Assembly (NCBI GenBank): GCA_963703315.1
Contig: OY969811.1
Location: forward strand, 352,001 to 416,000
Reading direction: 5' to 3'
Length of the DNA stretch: 64,000 nt
Origin: an uncultured cyanobacterium
GTDB lineage: Bacteria; Cyanobacteriota; Cyanobacteriia; Pseudanabaenales; Pseudanabaenaceae
The position numbers were made by a program, and so were the translations under genes. Shown here one piece after another: positions 1 through 9,586 of this stretch. Under the pieces are notes generated by a model. That model saw nothing but the letters and a program-made list of their open reading frames with translations. It was not told the DNA's origin and searched no databases. Within the stretch, counting starts at the first letter, position 1. The number at the start of each line of letters is the position of its first letter.

Positions 1-96
1 GCGATTTCAGGTGTGCGATCGACTCCTTTTAACTTTCTGCCCAAATGCCAATCAGAGGTATGTATTAAACGCATGATTCAATATTAAGTAGCATTG

Positions 97-1017
97 TCAT
101 AATTCATTACCGTAATAAATCCTCACTCCCCACATTACGACTAAGAGAATTAGTAGCACAATATCGCGGGGAAGTAATTTGAGAGGATTCCAGATCACAA
201 GGTGAGTATTCGGACTAGTGAAGCCGCGTACTTGCATGGCACTAGCGGTTTGCTCAGCACGAATGAAAAGATTATCGATTAAGCGCTCTGCTAGAATTAG
301 CCAAATCTGCGTAGTACGTTTGAATCCCAGTCTTTTCCAATTAATCGAACGAGTACGCATGGCTCTACCGAGGTTCTGGACTTCTTCTAAAACTAGAGGA
401 ACAAAACGGAGAGCAAGAGTCAAGGTGAGAACAATTTCGACAACGGGAATTTTGATTAATTTCAATGGCGCAAATATGGCAGCGATCGCGGCTGTAATTT
501 CTTCAGGAGCCGTAACTAGCAGAAATAAAGTCGGTGCATAGAGATAGGTGAAAATCAATGTACAGACGCGCACACCTAAATCCAGAGATTTGCGTGTAAC
601 CGTGATATTGCCCGCTTTCCAGACCACGTAACTATAGGGAGTTGGTTGAGGAAGTTTGAGCGTTAATGCGGGAGCGATGATGACTTTATCACTAGTACTT
701 ATTTCAGGAATCGGGCGGCGTGGCTGCACAGTAGTATTAAAGCCATCAGGGGAAATCGTGGCGATCGCTAAGGTCATAAAAGCTAATAACAACAAAATCC
801 CCATTTGCTGTTTCCACACCCGCATCGGAATTTTTGAGGCAAGGGTGAGCATAATTAGGAGAACGGCGATCGCAATCCGCCAAGGTTCATTAGCTTGAAT
901 TGGTGACAACAAAATCGTGAGCAGTCCAAACAACTTAATGCGCGGATCAAGTCGATGGAGCCATGTAATTGGCTGCTCAAGGTAAAGTCCGATAGGAAGC
1001 GATCGCAGTATATCCAC
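97..1017 (-). CDS. ECF transporter transmembrane component (EcfT/CbiQ family, Ycf92-like)
   Basis: LHRLDPRIKL N-terminal motif, multiple TM segments, LALRFVP...RAEQTASAMQVRGF Ala-Arg-Gly-type motif. Confidence 0.85.
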   Translation of the reverse strand: MDILRSLPIGLYLEQPITWLHRLDPRIKLFGLLTILLSPIQANEPWRIAIAVLLIMLTLASKIPMRVWKQQMGILLLLAFMTLAIATISPDGFNTTVQPRRPIPEISTSDKVIIAPALTLKLPQPTPYSYVVWKAGNITVTRKSLDLGVRVCTLIFTYLYAPTLFLLVTAPEEITAAIAAIFAPLKLIKIPVVEIVLTLTLALRFVPLVLEEVQNLGRAMRTRSINWKRLGFKRTTQIWLILAERLIDNLFIRAEQTASAMQVRGFTSPNTHLVIWNPLKLLPRDIVLLILLVVMWGVRIYYGNEL

Positions 1018-1094
1018 TATATTCTGATATTTTTCGGGGATTTGGTTCTAGCAATTTACAATATAGCAATTAAGCGCAGCAGCATTTAGTAACT

Positions 1095-2393
1095 ATGCCC
1101 ATCGAATCTGAACAATTATTAGAACTTGCCCTCAAATCTGGCTGTGAAGCGGCGGAAGTCTACGAATCCCGATCCGTTTCCCGACCTGTATTTTTTGAGG
1201 CAAATCGGCTTAAGCAGCTAGAAAGTATTGATTCTGAAGGTGTGGGGTTAAGGATTTGGAAAGATAGCAAAGTGGGCTTAGCGATCGCCTACGGCACTGT
1301 CGAGCCAAAGGACTTGGTGGAACAGGCGATCGCCTTAAGCACCTTAAATGAACCTGAAGAGATTTTATTACGCGACTCGACTGTTGCTGACTATCCCAAA
1401 CTCTATGGTCAGGAAGTTAAGGTTGAGCAAATGATTGATTGGGGAAAATCAGCGATCGCGCAGCTACTAGATCATTATCCTGAAGCAATCTGTGGTGCGG
1501 AATGGGAATGTGGACAGGAGACAATCAGGATTCTCAATAGCAAAGGTTTGGACTGTGGCTATACGGATATTACGGTGGATGGCTCTCTGAGTGCGGAGTT
1601 GACGCGGGGTGATGACTTTCTCAATGTTTGGTATGGGCAGTCAGAACGTGGAAATCTAGATCCTGAGGCGATCGCCAAGAAAGTCTTGCAATATCTCGAC
1701 TGGGCTAAAAAAAATGCTAAATCTCCATCGGGTAAAGTACCAGTAATTTTTACAGGCAAGGCGGCAGATTTGCTCTGGGGAGTCGTGGCGATCGCGATGA
1801 GTGGGCGACAGGTGCAGCAAAAGGCAACACCTTGGCTCGAAAAAATCGGACAGCCTGTAATTTCGGATATTTTCACCGTCAGTCAGCAGCCAGATTTTGG
1901 TGTGTATAGCTTGCCTTTTGATGATGAAGGCACACCGACACAGGCAGTTACTTGGATCGATCGCGGTGTATTGCAAGACTTTTATGGTGATGTGCGGACT
2001 TGCCAAGAGTTAGGGATTACGGCAACAGGCAACGGTTTTCGTGGCGATTTGGGCAACTATCCTAGCCCCGGATTATTTAATCTGGCGATCGCTGCTAGTC
2101 AAACGATTCAAGGCGATATTCTGGAGCTTGCCGCAACTCTCAAGGATGGCTTAATCGTCGATCAAGTTCTCGGTGATGATTCCGATTTATCAGGAGATTT
2201 CTCGATCAATATCGATTTAGGCTACCGTGTCAAAAATGGCAAAATTATCGGGCGGGTCAAGGATACGATGCTGTCAGGAAATATCTATACAGCGCTTAAT
2301 CAGGTGATTGGGGTGGCAAGCGATCGGCAATGGCATGGCTCACTATATGTACCTGCGATGATTGTTGAAGGACTATCGATTACTAGTCGTTAA
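1095..2393 (+). CDS. TldD/PmbA family protein (PmbA/TldE-like)
   Basis: PFDDEG motif, TGNGFR, GDFS...G...KNG...VKDTMLSGN. Confidence 0.85.
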   Translation: MPIESEQLLELALKSGCEAAEVYESRSVSRPVFFEANRLKQLESIDSEGVGLRIWKDSKVGLAIAYGTVEPKDLVEQAIALSTLNEPEEILLRDSTVADYPKLYGQEVKVEQMIDWGKSAIAQLLDHYPEAICGAEWECGQETIRILNSKGLDCGYTDITVDGSLSAELTRGDDFLNVWYGQSERGNLDPEAIAKKVLQYLDWAKKNAKSPSGKVPVIFTGKAADLLWGVVAIAMSGRQVQQKATPWLEKIGQPVISDIFTVSQQPDFGVYSLPFDDEGTPTQAVTWIDRGVLQDFYGDVRTCQELGITATGNGFRGDLGNYPSPGLFNLAIAASQTIQGDILELAATLKDGLIVDQVLGDDSDLSGDFSINIDLGYRVKNGKIIGRVKDTMLSGNIYTALNQVIGVASDRQWHGSLYVPAMIVEGLSITSR

Positions 2394-2455
2394 GTCATGA
2401 GAACGCCGCACATTGCCTGTCTATCTTTTTTGCTGACGATTGCTATAATGGCTAT

Positions 2456-2498
2456 ATGATGATTTTTAAGGCTTCCCAGAAGCCTTAAAAATCATCAT
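2456..2498. repeat. Perfect 20-bp inverted repeat just upstream of tRNA-Arg
   Basis: ATGATGATTTTTAAGGCTTC-cca-GAAGCCTTAAAAATCATCAT. Confidence 0.8.
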
Positions 2499-2507
2499 CA
2501 ATATTTT

Positions 2508-2581
<74 letters not shown>

Positions 2582-2592
2582 TCATCTAGCAA

Positions 2593-2645
2593 TGCAAATA
2601 AAAAAAGGATTGCGAACATTGTTCGCAATCCTTTTTTTATTTGCA
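2593..2645. terminator. Bidirectional intrinsic terminator between tRNA-Arg and petD
   Basis: TGCAAATAAAAAAAGGATTGCGAACA-t-TGTTCGCAATCCTTTTTTTATTTGCA palindrome with A/T tracts on both sides, between convergent genes. Confidence 0.8.
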
Positions 2646-2655
2646 GATGCAAAGT

Positions 2656-3141
2656 TTAGAACAAGCCAAGAGTTAAGGACTTGTCAATAGGTAAGGTGGA
2701 GCCGATACCCAAGTAAAGGGTGAAAGCAGTACCAAATAGGAAGACAGCCATCGCAACAGGGCGACGGAAAGGATTTTGGAACTTGTTGACGTTCTCGATG
2801 AAGGGAATCAAGATTAAACCAACGGGGATCAAGCTTTGGAGCAATACGCCCAAGAGTTTGTTAGGTACAATTCGCAAAATTTGGAATGCAGGGTACAAGA
2901 ACCACTCTGGCAAGATTTCCAAAGGAGTCGCAAAAGGATTAGCAGGTTCGCCAACCAAGGTGGGGTCAAGTACTGCCAAACCAGTGATCAAAGCGATCGT
3001 GCCAAAAATTACCACAGGGAACATATACAACAGGTCATTTGGCCAAGCTGGTTCGCCATAGTAGTTGTGACCCATATTCTTTTCCAGCTTTGCACGTAAA
3101 ACTGGATCATTCAAATCAGGAAACTTTTCAATCTTTGCCAT
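2656..3141 (-). CDS. petD: Cytochrome b6/f complex subunit IV
   Basis: [17 protein letters not shown] and TPLEILPEW signatures. Confidence 0.98.
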   Translation of the reverse strand: MAKIEKFPDLNDPVLRAKLEKNMGHNYYGEPAWPNDLLYMFPVVIFGTIALITGLAVLDPTLVGEPANPFATPLEILPEWFLYPAFQILRIVPNKLLGVLLQSLIPVGLILIPFIENVNKFQNPFRRPVAMAVFLFGTAFTLYLGIGSTLPIDKSLTLGLF

Positions 3142-3245
3142 GTTATTTCTCTATTTATTGACAGATTTTCTAAAATTATCTAATACGAAAATCTTAAACT
3201 GGTTTTCCAGATAAGAAACCTTACAAAAAGCTTTGCAATCAATTC

Positions 3246-3893
3246 TTATAAGGGACCAGAAATACCTTGTTTGCGGATCATCAAGAAATGAGCCAGCATG
3301 AATACTGCAATCAACCAAGGCAATACAAAGGTATGCAAGCTGTAGAAACGGGTCAGGGTTGCTTGACCAACGCTTTGACCACCACGTAGTAGTTCAACTA
3401 GGGTTCCACCAACAACAGGAATTGCTTCAGGTACGCCAGATACAATCTTTACCGCCCAGTAGCCAACTTGATCCCAAGGTAAGGAGTAACCAGTTACGCC
3501 GAAGGTAACGGTGATCACTGCCAAGATTACGCCAGTAACCCAAGTCAATTCGCGGGGTTTTTTGAAACCGCCAGTCAAGTACACACGGAAAACGTGCAAG
3601 ATCATCATTAAGACCATCATACTTGCCGACCAACGGTGGATCGAGCGAATCAACCAACCGAAGTTAACATCGGTCATGATGTAGCGCACAGATTCAAATG
3701 CTTCTGTTACCGATGGTTTGTAATAAAAGGTCATCGCGAAACCTGTCGCGAACTGAATCAGGAAGCAGGTGAGGGTGATGCCGCCTAGACAGTAGAAAAT
3801 ATTGACGTGAGGAGGAACGTACTTACTTGTAATGTCCTCAGCGATCGCCCCGACTTCAAGGCGATCGTTAAACCAATCGTAAACTTTACTCAT
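3246..3893 (-). CDS. petB: Cytochrome b6
   Basis: 215 aa, [38 protein letters not shown]. Confidence 0.98.
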   Translation of the reverse strand: MSKVYDWFNDRLEVGAIAEDITSKYVPPHVNIFYCLGGITLTCFLIQFATGFAMTFYYKPSVTEAFESVRYIMTDVNFGWLIRSIHRWSASMMVLMMILHVFRVYLTGGFKKPRELTWVTGVILAVITVTFGVTGYSLPWDQVGYWAVKIVSGVPEAIPVVGGTLVELLRGGQSVGQATLTRFYSLHTFVLPWLIAVFMLAHFLMIRKQGISGPL

Positions 3894-4022
3894 GTAATTG
3901 AAAAACCCAAGATTGCTGAACTAGTTAACAATTTTTTGATAGCTGTAACTTATTTTAATACTTATGATCAGGTGTAGGCAAACCTAAAGAAGGTTTTTAA
4001 CAAGTTTCACTAAATATATAGA

Positions 4023-4055
4023 AAGATATAGCAAGATATAGCAAGATATAGCAAG
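4023..4055. repeat. Tandem 10-nt repeat (AAGATATAGC)x3 in the divergent petB / M23 intergenic region
   Basis: aagatatagc aagatatagc aagatatagc aag. Confidence 0.8.
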
Positions 4056-4077
4056 TTTTCTTGCCTTATTACCCTGC

Positions 4078-4752
4078 ATGAAAATACATTTGCGTCTCAG
4101 ATTAGCAGTTTTTGTGATTTCTCTGTCCTGTCCTTGCTTAGCTCCTGTATTGTCTCAAGTTTGCTCCAAGGAATATTCTCATCCAAACTTGGAAAATCAT
4201 GACGAAGAATATTCGCCGACCCAGCGTGTTGCTGCTGTTCGTAGCGATCGCTCTTTAACCTTGCCTTGGGCTTTACCCACAGAATTTACTGCAATCGATC
4301 CATTTGTAGGTAAGGACTATCAACTAGCGGCGCATGAAGGAATTGACTTTATTCACGGTAACCAGTTAGTTACGCAAGTATCGGTGCGATCGGTATCAGA
4401 TGGCAGAGTGGTGTATGTTCGTCGTGATTGTCCGCAATCAAATTTATTTGAACCCAACAGTTTGCACCGTGACTGTGGTGGTGATTGGGGAAACCATATT
4501 GTGATTCGGCATCCTAATGGACTATTCACCCGTTATGCACACCTTTATCCTGATAGCATTCAAGTAAAAGTTGGGCAGAAAATCACTCGTGGTCAAGAGC
4601 TTGGCAAAATGGGAAATTCAGGACGGAGTGATATCAGACATTTACATTTTGAGTTAGGTGTTGCCATTAAGATTAATCCCTGTGCGCCAGCGCAATCTTT
4701 TCACTATGTTTACAATCCAGCTACTTATTTACAATGGGACAATATCCAATAG
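4078..4752 (+). CDS. M23 family metallopeptidase, probably secreted
   Basis: HEGID, GNHIVIRH, YAHL, G.MGNSGRS...HLHFE motifs; N-terminal hydrophobic segment. Confidence 0.9.
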   Translation: MKIHLRLRLAVFVISLSCPCLAPVLSQVCSKEYSHPNLENHDEEYSPTQRVAAVRSDRSLTLPWALPTEFTAIDPFVGKDYQLAAHEGIDFIHGNQLVTQVSVRSVSDGRVVYVRRDCPQSNLFEPNSLHRDCGGDWGNHIVIRHPNGLFTRYAHLYPDSIQVKVGQKITRGQELGKMGNSGRSDIRHLHFELGVAIKINPCAPAQSFHYVYNPATYLQWDNIQ

Positions 4753-4812
4753 AGAATGACGGCGCGAAGCGCCGCCATTCTCTGTACGTGCAACCTAGCA
4801 AAATTTAAATGT

Positions 4813-5400
4813 ATGAATGATTTAACTGATAAATCCCTTGAGAAGGAAAGCGATCGCGATCGCCAAGATGCTAACAGCGTTGATATTCGCGAGATGAATA
4901 TTGATGACATTGCACCAATTTTTCATTTAGGCGAACAATTATTTACCAGCGACTTGTATCCTTACCTCTATCGCACATGGGACGAGTGGGAGGTGATCGG
5001 GATGTATAACACTGATTCTGAATATTGCTTAGTTGCCGAAATCGATGATCAGCTTGCAGGATTTATTCTCGGCACAATCATCAATAAAGCTTCATGGAAA
5101 TATGGCTATATCACTTGGCTAGGTGTCAATCCCAATTTTCAAAGGCGGGGCGTAGCCGATCGCCTAGTCGATAAGATCATCGAACGGATGATTGAAGACA
5201 ATGTGCGCCTAATGCTTGTTGATACTGATCCTGCTAATACTCCTGCCATTAATTTCTTTAACCGCAAAGGTTTCGGCAATGCTAGAGAACACGTATTTTT
5301 GTCATTAAATCTCGCTAAGCATGAGTATTACGGCAGATTGATTAATTACGAACGCGATAAAGCCGAGCGCAACCGTCCGCGATCGCGCCGCCGAACTTAA
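4813..5400 (+). CDS. GNAT family N-acetyltransferase
   Basis: V.P.FQRRGVA motif A, N.PAINFFNRKGF; start moved to ATG 4813 because the upstream in-frame part is a palindromic repeat. Confidence 0.85.
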   Translation: MNDLTDKSLEKESDRDRQDANSVDIREMNIDDIAPIFHLGEQLFTSDLYPYLYRTWDEWEVIGMYNTDSEYCLVAEIDDQLAGFILGTIINKASWKYGYITWLGVNPNFQRRGVADRLVDKIIERMIEDNVRLMLVDTDPANTPAINFFNRKGFGNAREHVFLSLNLAKHEYYGRLINYERDKAERNRPRSRRRT

Positions 5401-5617
5401 ATTTAATTTTGCTTAAAGTTTGTTTAGGAGATCAATCCGCCTTAGACAGGATTGATGGTGGAAAGAACTAGGCGATCACTTTGCTTTGAAAGTAACTGGA
5501 TATTTATACGGCAGTTGCAGATGAGTTATCAGTTAGCCTAATGAGATTTTTAGGTATAGCGTAGCTTGAGTTAAATTGCAAACAATAGAATTTAGAGAGC
5601 CATGAGTGAAGTTAAAT

Positions 5618-6220
5618 ATGCATCCAGAAGATACAGCCGCTCGATATGATCGTATTGCCCAATGGTGGCAAACTCAGCATCAAGATTCGCTTTATGGTGT
5701 TGCCCAATTGGAGCGAGCGATCAAATATACTCCTAAGAATCATTTAGCTATTGATATAGGGTGTGGAAGCAGTGGGCGTTTTTTTAAAGTTCTAAGCGAA
5801 CATGGATTTCAGGCGGAAGGACTTGATATTTCTGTGGAAATGATTAACTTAGCTAAAAAACTGCATCCAAATGTCACATTCTATAGGGAAGACATTTCTG
5901 CTTGGAATCCGCCCAAATCTTATAGCTTGATTGTTGCTTGGGACAGCACGTTTCATCTACCGTTAGATATGCAGGAAGAGGTCGTAAAAAAACTATGCGA
6001 TGCTCTTGAAGGTGATGGCGTGCTAATGTTCACCTGTGGGGGTGGGTATAAGCATAGTGAAGTTTCTGGAGCATTTCAAGGTCAGAAATTTGAGTACAGT
6101 ACGCTGGGTGTAAATGCTTTTCTAAAGATTCTGAATGATCATAATTGTACGTGTCTTCACCTTGAATATGATCAATATCCTGAGAATCACGTTTACATCA
6201 TTGCTCAAAAACACGATTGA
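5618..6220 (+). CDS. Class I SAM-dependent methyltransferase
   Basis: IDIGCGSSG motif I, GLDIS..MI motif II. Confidence 0.85.
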   Translation: MHPEDTAARYDRIAQWWQTQHQDSLYGVAQLERAIKYTPKNHLAIDIGCGSSGRFFKVLSEHGFQAEGLDISVEMINLAKKLHPNVTFYREDISAWNPPKSYSLIVAWDSTFHLPLDMQEEVVKKLCDALEGDGVLMFTCGGGYKHSEVSGAFQGQKFEYSTLGVNAFLKILNDHNCTCLHLEYDQYPENHVYIIAQKHD

Positions 6221-6235
6221 TCGCTGTAACGGAAG

Positions 6236-6334
6236 TGCGATCGCTGGTTCGTCTGGATTGTAATAAACCGCCATATTCACACCGAAGTACCAATCATCGC
6301 GATCTGCCCAAATATCAGCTAACAAACTCAGTAT
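6236..6334 (-). pseudogene. Internal fragment of a Uma2-family endonuclease gene
   Basis: Translates ILSLLADIWADRDDWYFGVNMAVYYNPDEPAIA, resembling cyanobacterial Uma2 (W.DR.DWFFGV.M.IYY...PAIVPD); similarity stops at a HIP1 site. Confidence 0.6.
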
Positions 6335-7243
6335 TCAATCTTGGTCAGGCTTCTGGCTTGATACATTTTTAGCGATATCGATAAATTGCTGCAAAATGAG
6401 TGAAGAATTCTCTTGTCGCCAAGCGATAGCTAATGGATTGGCGATCGCCTTCTCTCGAATAGGGCGATAAGTAACTCCTTCTCGTCGAAGATTCTGCACG
6501 CTGGATGGCAAAATACTGATACCCATTTCGCCTGCAACTAGCCCCAAAATCGTGACCATAAAGATCGCTTCTTGAGCCATCTTAGGAACAAATCCTGCTT
6601 GAGCACATAAAGCGTAAATTTGCTCTGATAAACCAAACACAACTGGACGGAGAGGCATAATAAACTCTTCCTCCGCTAAATCAGTCAGCGAAATTGTGGA
6701 TTGGATTGTTAGCGGATGGTGTTTGGGTAAAACAACCACCAAAGTCTCTTCTGAGAGAAGTGTCACTTCTAGATCATTAGCTTCAATCAGGGCAGGAGTT
6801 CGATAGGCAAAAATGATGTCGGTCTGGTGATCGTGCAATCCCTGAATTTGGGAACCACTACTGGCTTCTCGTAAAATCAGATTTGCTGATGGATAGTGTT
6901 GCCGAAAAGTCCGCAGAATATTGGGTAAGACACCATTAGCCATTGAGCTAGTAAAGCCTATTGTCAAATGATCTAATTCCCCTTGGTGAATGCGTTGTGT
7001 TTTGCGTATCGCCTGTTTTAAGTTTGCTAGAGTCGAACGCGCTTCTTCTAAAAATGCTTGTCCTGCCACCGTTAGCTGGATCGGGCGCTTGTCTCGATTG
7101 AATAGCTCAACGCCTAATTCCTTTTCTAGATCTCGAATTTGCTGACTCAATGGCGGCTGGGCGATCTGTAACCTTTCTGCGGCACGGCTAAAGTTTAGCT
7201 CATCGGCAACCGCAACGAAGTAACGAAGATGACGAAGTTCCAT
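6335..7243 (-). CDS. LysR family transcriptional regulator
   Basis: MELRHLRYFVAVA..LNFSRAAERLQIAQPPLSQQIRDLE HTH; divergent from aspartoacylase. Confidence 0.95.
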   Translation of the reverse strand: MELRHLRYFVAVADELNFSRAAERLQIAQPPLSQQIRDLEKELGVELFNRDKRPIQLTVAGQAFLEEARSTLANLKQAIRKTQRIHQGELDHLTIGFTSSMANGVLPNILRTFRQHYPSANLILREASSGSQIQGLHDHQTDIIFAYRTPALIEANDLEVTLLSEETLVVVLPKHHPLTIQSTISLTDLAEEEFIMPLRPVVFGLSEQIYALCAQAGFVPKMAQEAIFMVTILGLVAGEMGISILPSSVQNLRREGVTYRPIREKAIANPLAIAWRQENSSLILQQFIDIAKNVSSQKPDQD

Positions 7244-7346
7244 ATCAGTACTACTATACCTAAAATTAGATAATAGTATACTCAGTATAGGCTGTACATA
7301 TATTAATGGTTACCCTATAGTGAGCATGACGGGTACGCAGATTTGA

Positions 7347-8273
7347 ATGTCCTATGTTTCTAAGGAAGGTTTTGCTAGTATGGTAAGTCCAATTCGACGA
7401 GTTGTGATTGTTGGTGGAACTCATGGGAACGAATTGACAGGGATTTACTTGGTCAAGAAGTTTCAGCAATACCCACATTTGTTACATCGAGAAAGTCTTG
7501 AATGCATCACTTTATTAGCTAATCCCAAAGCGATCGCAGCCAATCGACGTTATATTGCTCGTGATTTGAATCGTTGTTTTGCCAATGAAGATTTGGCTAA
7601 TCCAGCGTTAAAAAGCTATGAAGACAGACGTGCTAAAAAAATTGCTGCCCAACTGGGACCAAAATCTCAGCCCCACGCTGACGTGATTATTGATCTTCAC
7701 AGCACAACTGCGAATATGGGCTTGACCGTTTTACCATCCAGTAAAAATCCATTGAATTTGCGATTAGCAGCCTATCTGAGCACACTAAATCCATTGGTTC
7801 GTGTTTGTTGTGGAGTGCAGTGCAATCAAGACTCTCCAGTGTTGCGATCTCTCTCCCCTCTGGGCTGCACTCTTGAAGTTGGTGCGATCGCCCAAGGTGT
7901 ACTCAATGCTGATTATTTGCAGCAAACAGAACAATTAGTTCATGCCATTTTGGATTATCTCGATGCCCTGAATCAGGGAGAAATTTTGTCTGTGCCATCG
8001 AGTTTAGATGTGTACCAGATGATTTCATCCGTGGACTATCCCAGAGATTTATCGGGTGAACTGCAAGCCATCATTCATCCTCAACTTCAGAATAAAGACT
8101 ATGAACCTTTATCCTATGGTGAACCGATGTTTATCAAATTTACAGGAGAATCAATTTCTTACCAAGGAGAAGACACTGTTTACCCCGTATTTATTAATGA
8201 GGCAGCGTATTACGAGCAAAAAATCGCAATGACGTTGACCTACAAACAACAGTTGAGTTTAGAAACAGTGTAG
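7347..8273 (+). CDS. Aspartoacylase (AstE/AspA family)
   Basis: GGTHGNE, RDLNRCF, DLHSTTANMG, INEAAYYE motifs. Confidence 0.92.
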   Translation: MSYVSKEGFASMVSPIRRVVIVGGTHGNELTGIYLVKKFQQYPHLLHRESLECITLLANPKAIAANRRYIARDLNRCFANEDLANPALKSYEDRRAKKIAAQLGPKSQPHADVIIDLHSTTANMGLTVLPSSKNPLNLRLAAYLSTLNPLVRVCCGVQCNQDSPVLRSLSPLGCTLEVGAIAQGVLNADYLQQTEQLVHAILDYLDALNQGEILSVPSSLDVYQMISSVDYPRDLSGELQAIIHPQLQNKDYEPLSYGEPMFIKFTGESISYQGEDTVYPVFINEAAYYEQKIAMTLTYKQQLSLETV

Positions 8274-8321
8274 CGATAATCCACCAACTCTTCGCGGGAA
8301 AAAACTATGATGAACCAGAAA

Positions 8322-8419
8322 GGCACTGGTCAGGTAATGAGGGATGGGTGCTGAAACACGCATTTTATGCCAACGAAAAAGGTGCAAATATGTCGATCAC
8401 GCTTTAACTGTCCAGTGCC
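8322..8419. mobile_element. Putative MITE/IS remnant (98 bp) with 16-bp terminal inverted repeats
   Basis: GGCACTGGTCAGGTAA ... TTAACTGTCCAGTGCC (14/16 complementary); no ORF and no clear target duplication. Confidence 0.4.
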
Positions 8420-8447
8420 GATTTGTCTGAGGCTTGTTATTAATGGG

Positions 8448-9389
8448 TTAGGTCAAAACTGCAAAATGATTTAAGGCAGTCTGGCAGTCAGATTTAATCT
8501 GTTCCTTGAGGGCATCCAGTGATGCAAATTTTTGTTCGGGGCGAATAAATTTGACGAGATCTACATTTAGTTCTTGATCATATAGATCATCTTGCCAATC
8601 AAATAGATGCACTTCCACCGATCGCCGATCGCCATTAACTGTTGGTCTTAAGCCAATGTTCATCACCCCAAATAGGGGTTTAGGGCTAGAGCTAATATTT
8701 ACCTGTACAGCATAAACGCCATCACGGGGCAGACATTTTTGAACTGGTAGATCGAGATTTGCTGTCGGGAAGCCGATGGTGCGTCCTAACTGCTTGCCTT
8801 GGACGACTTTGCCTACCAGATTATAAGGACGACCGAGCAGAGCATTAGCGAGATCGACTTCACCCTTAGCTAAAGCTGCCCGAATATTTGAGCTACTGAT
8901 CCGAATCGGGGAGGGATCTTTGAGGAGCATGGTTTGTTCAGTAATTACCGTCAGGCGATCGCCCCAAATTTTCTGTAGGTCAGTAATGTTGCCTTGACGT
9001 TTCTGCCCGAAGTGAAAATCACAGCCAACACTGATTAACTCCACTTGGAGGGAGTCAATTAAAATTTTCTGAATAAATTCAGCAGCCGTAAGTTTGGCGA
9101 GATTCGCGTCAAAGGGTAGTAAAACTAACTGCTCGACACCAATAGATTCTAGCAAGGCTACTTTTTCGTCAAAGGGAGCAAGTAGCGATCGCGATTGTTT
9201 GCTAAAAAATTCTTGAGGATGGGGCGAAAACGAAACAACGGTACTCGTTAAATGTTGATAATTACTACCTAATGCATTAGGCAAAATCGGCGCAATCACA
9301 TGGCGATGTCCTATATGCACGCCATCAAAGTTACCGAGGGCGATCGCTGTCGGGCGGGAAATTTGGGTTGGGTCAAATATTACTCTCAC
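8448..9389 (-). CDS. ribF: Bifunctional riboflavin kinase / FAD synthetase
   Basis: GNFDGVHIGH, ISSSNIR, GRTIGFPTANL, EVHL, FIRPEQKF. Confidence 0.97.
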   Translation of the reverse strand: MRVIFDPTQISRPTAIALGNFDGVHIGHRHVIAPILPNALGSNYQHLTSTVVSFSPHPQEFFSKQSRSLLAPFDEKVALLESIGVEQLVLLPFDANLAKLTAAEFIQKILIDSLQVELISVGCDFHFGQKRQGNITDLQKIWGDRLTVITEQTMLLKDPSPIRISSSNIRAALAKGEVDLANALLGRPYNLVGKVVQGKQLGRTIGFPTANLDLPVQKCLPRDGVYAVQVNISSSPKPLFGVMNIGLRPTVNGDRRSVEVHLFDWQDDLYDQELNVDLVKFIRPEQKFASLDALKEQIKSDCQTALNHFAVLT

Positions 9390-9586
9390 GCTTAATATTT
9401 TGACACAATTCTGTGATGTGATCTCAGAGCTAATTTTGAGTTTAGGCTCACCCTAGTTTAAAATCCAGAAAAGAGTGGCGGCGCTGTGCGCCGCCACTCT
9501 TTTGTTATATAGAGCTATAAGTTCAAAATTTAGCTTTTGTCATGACATTCTGGTATGTTTGAGATCCCGCCGTTAGCTTACTATCC

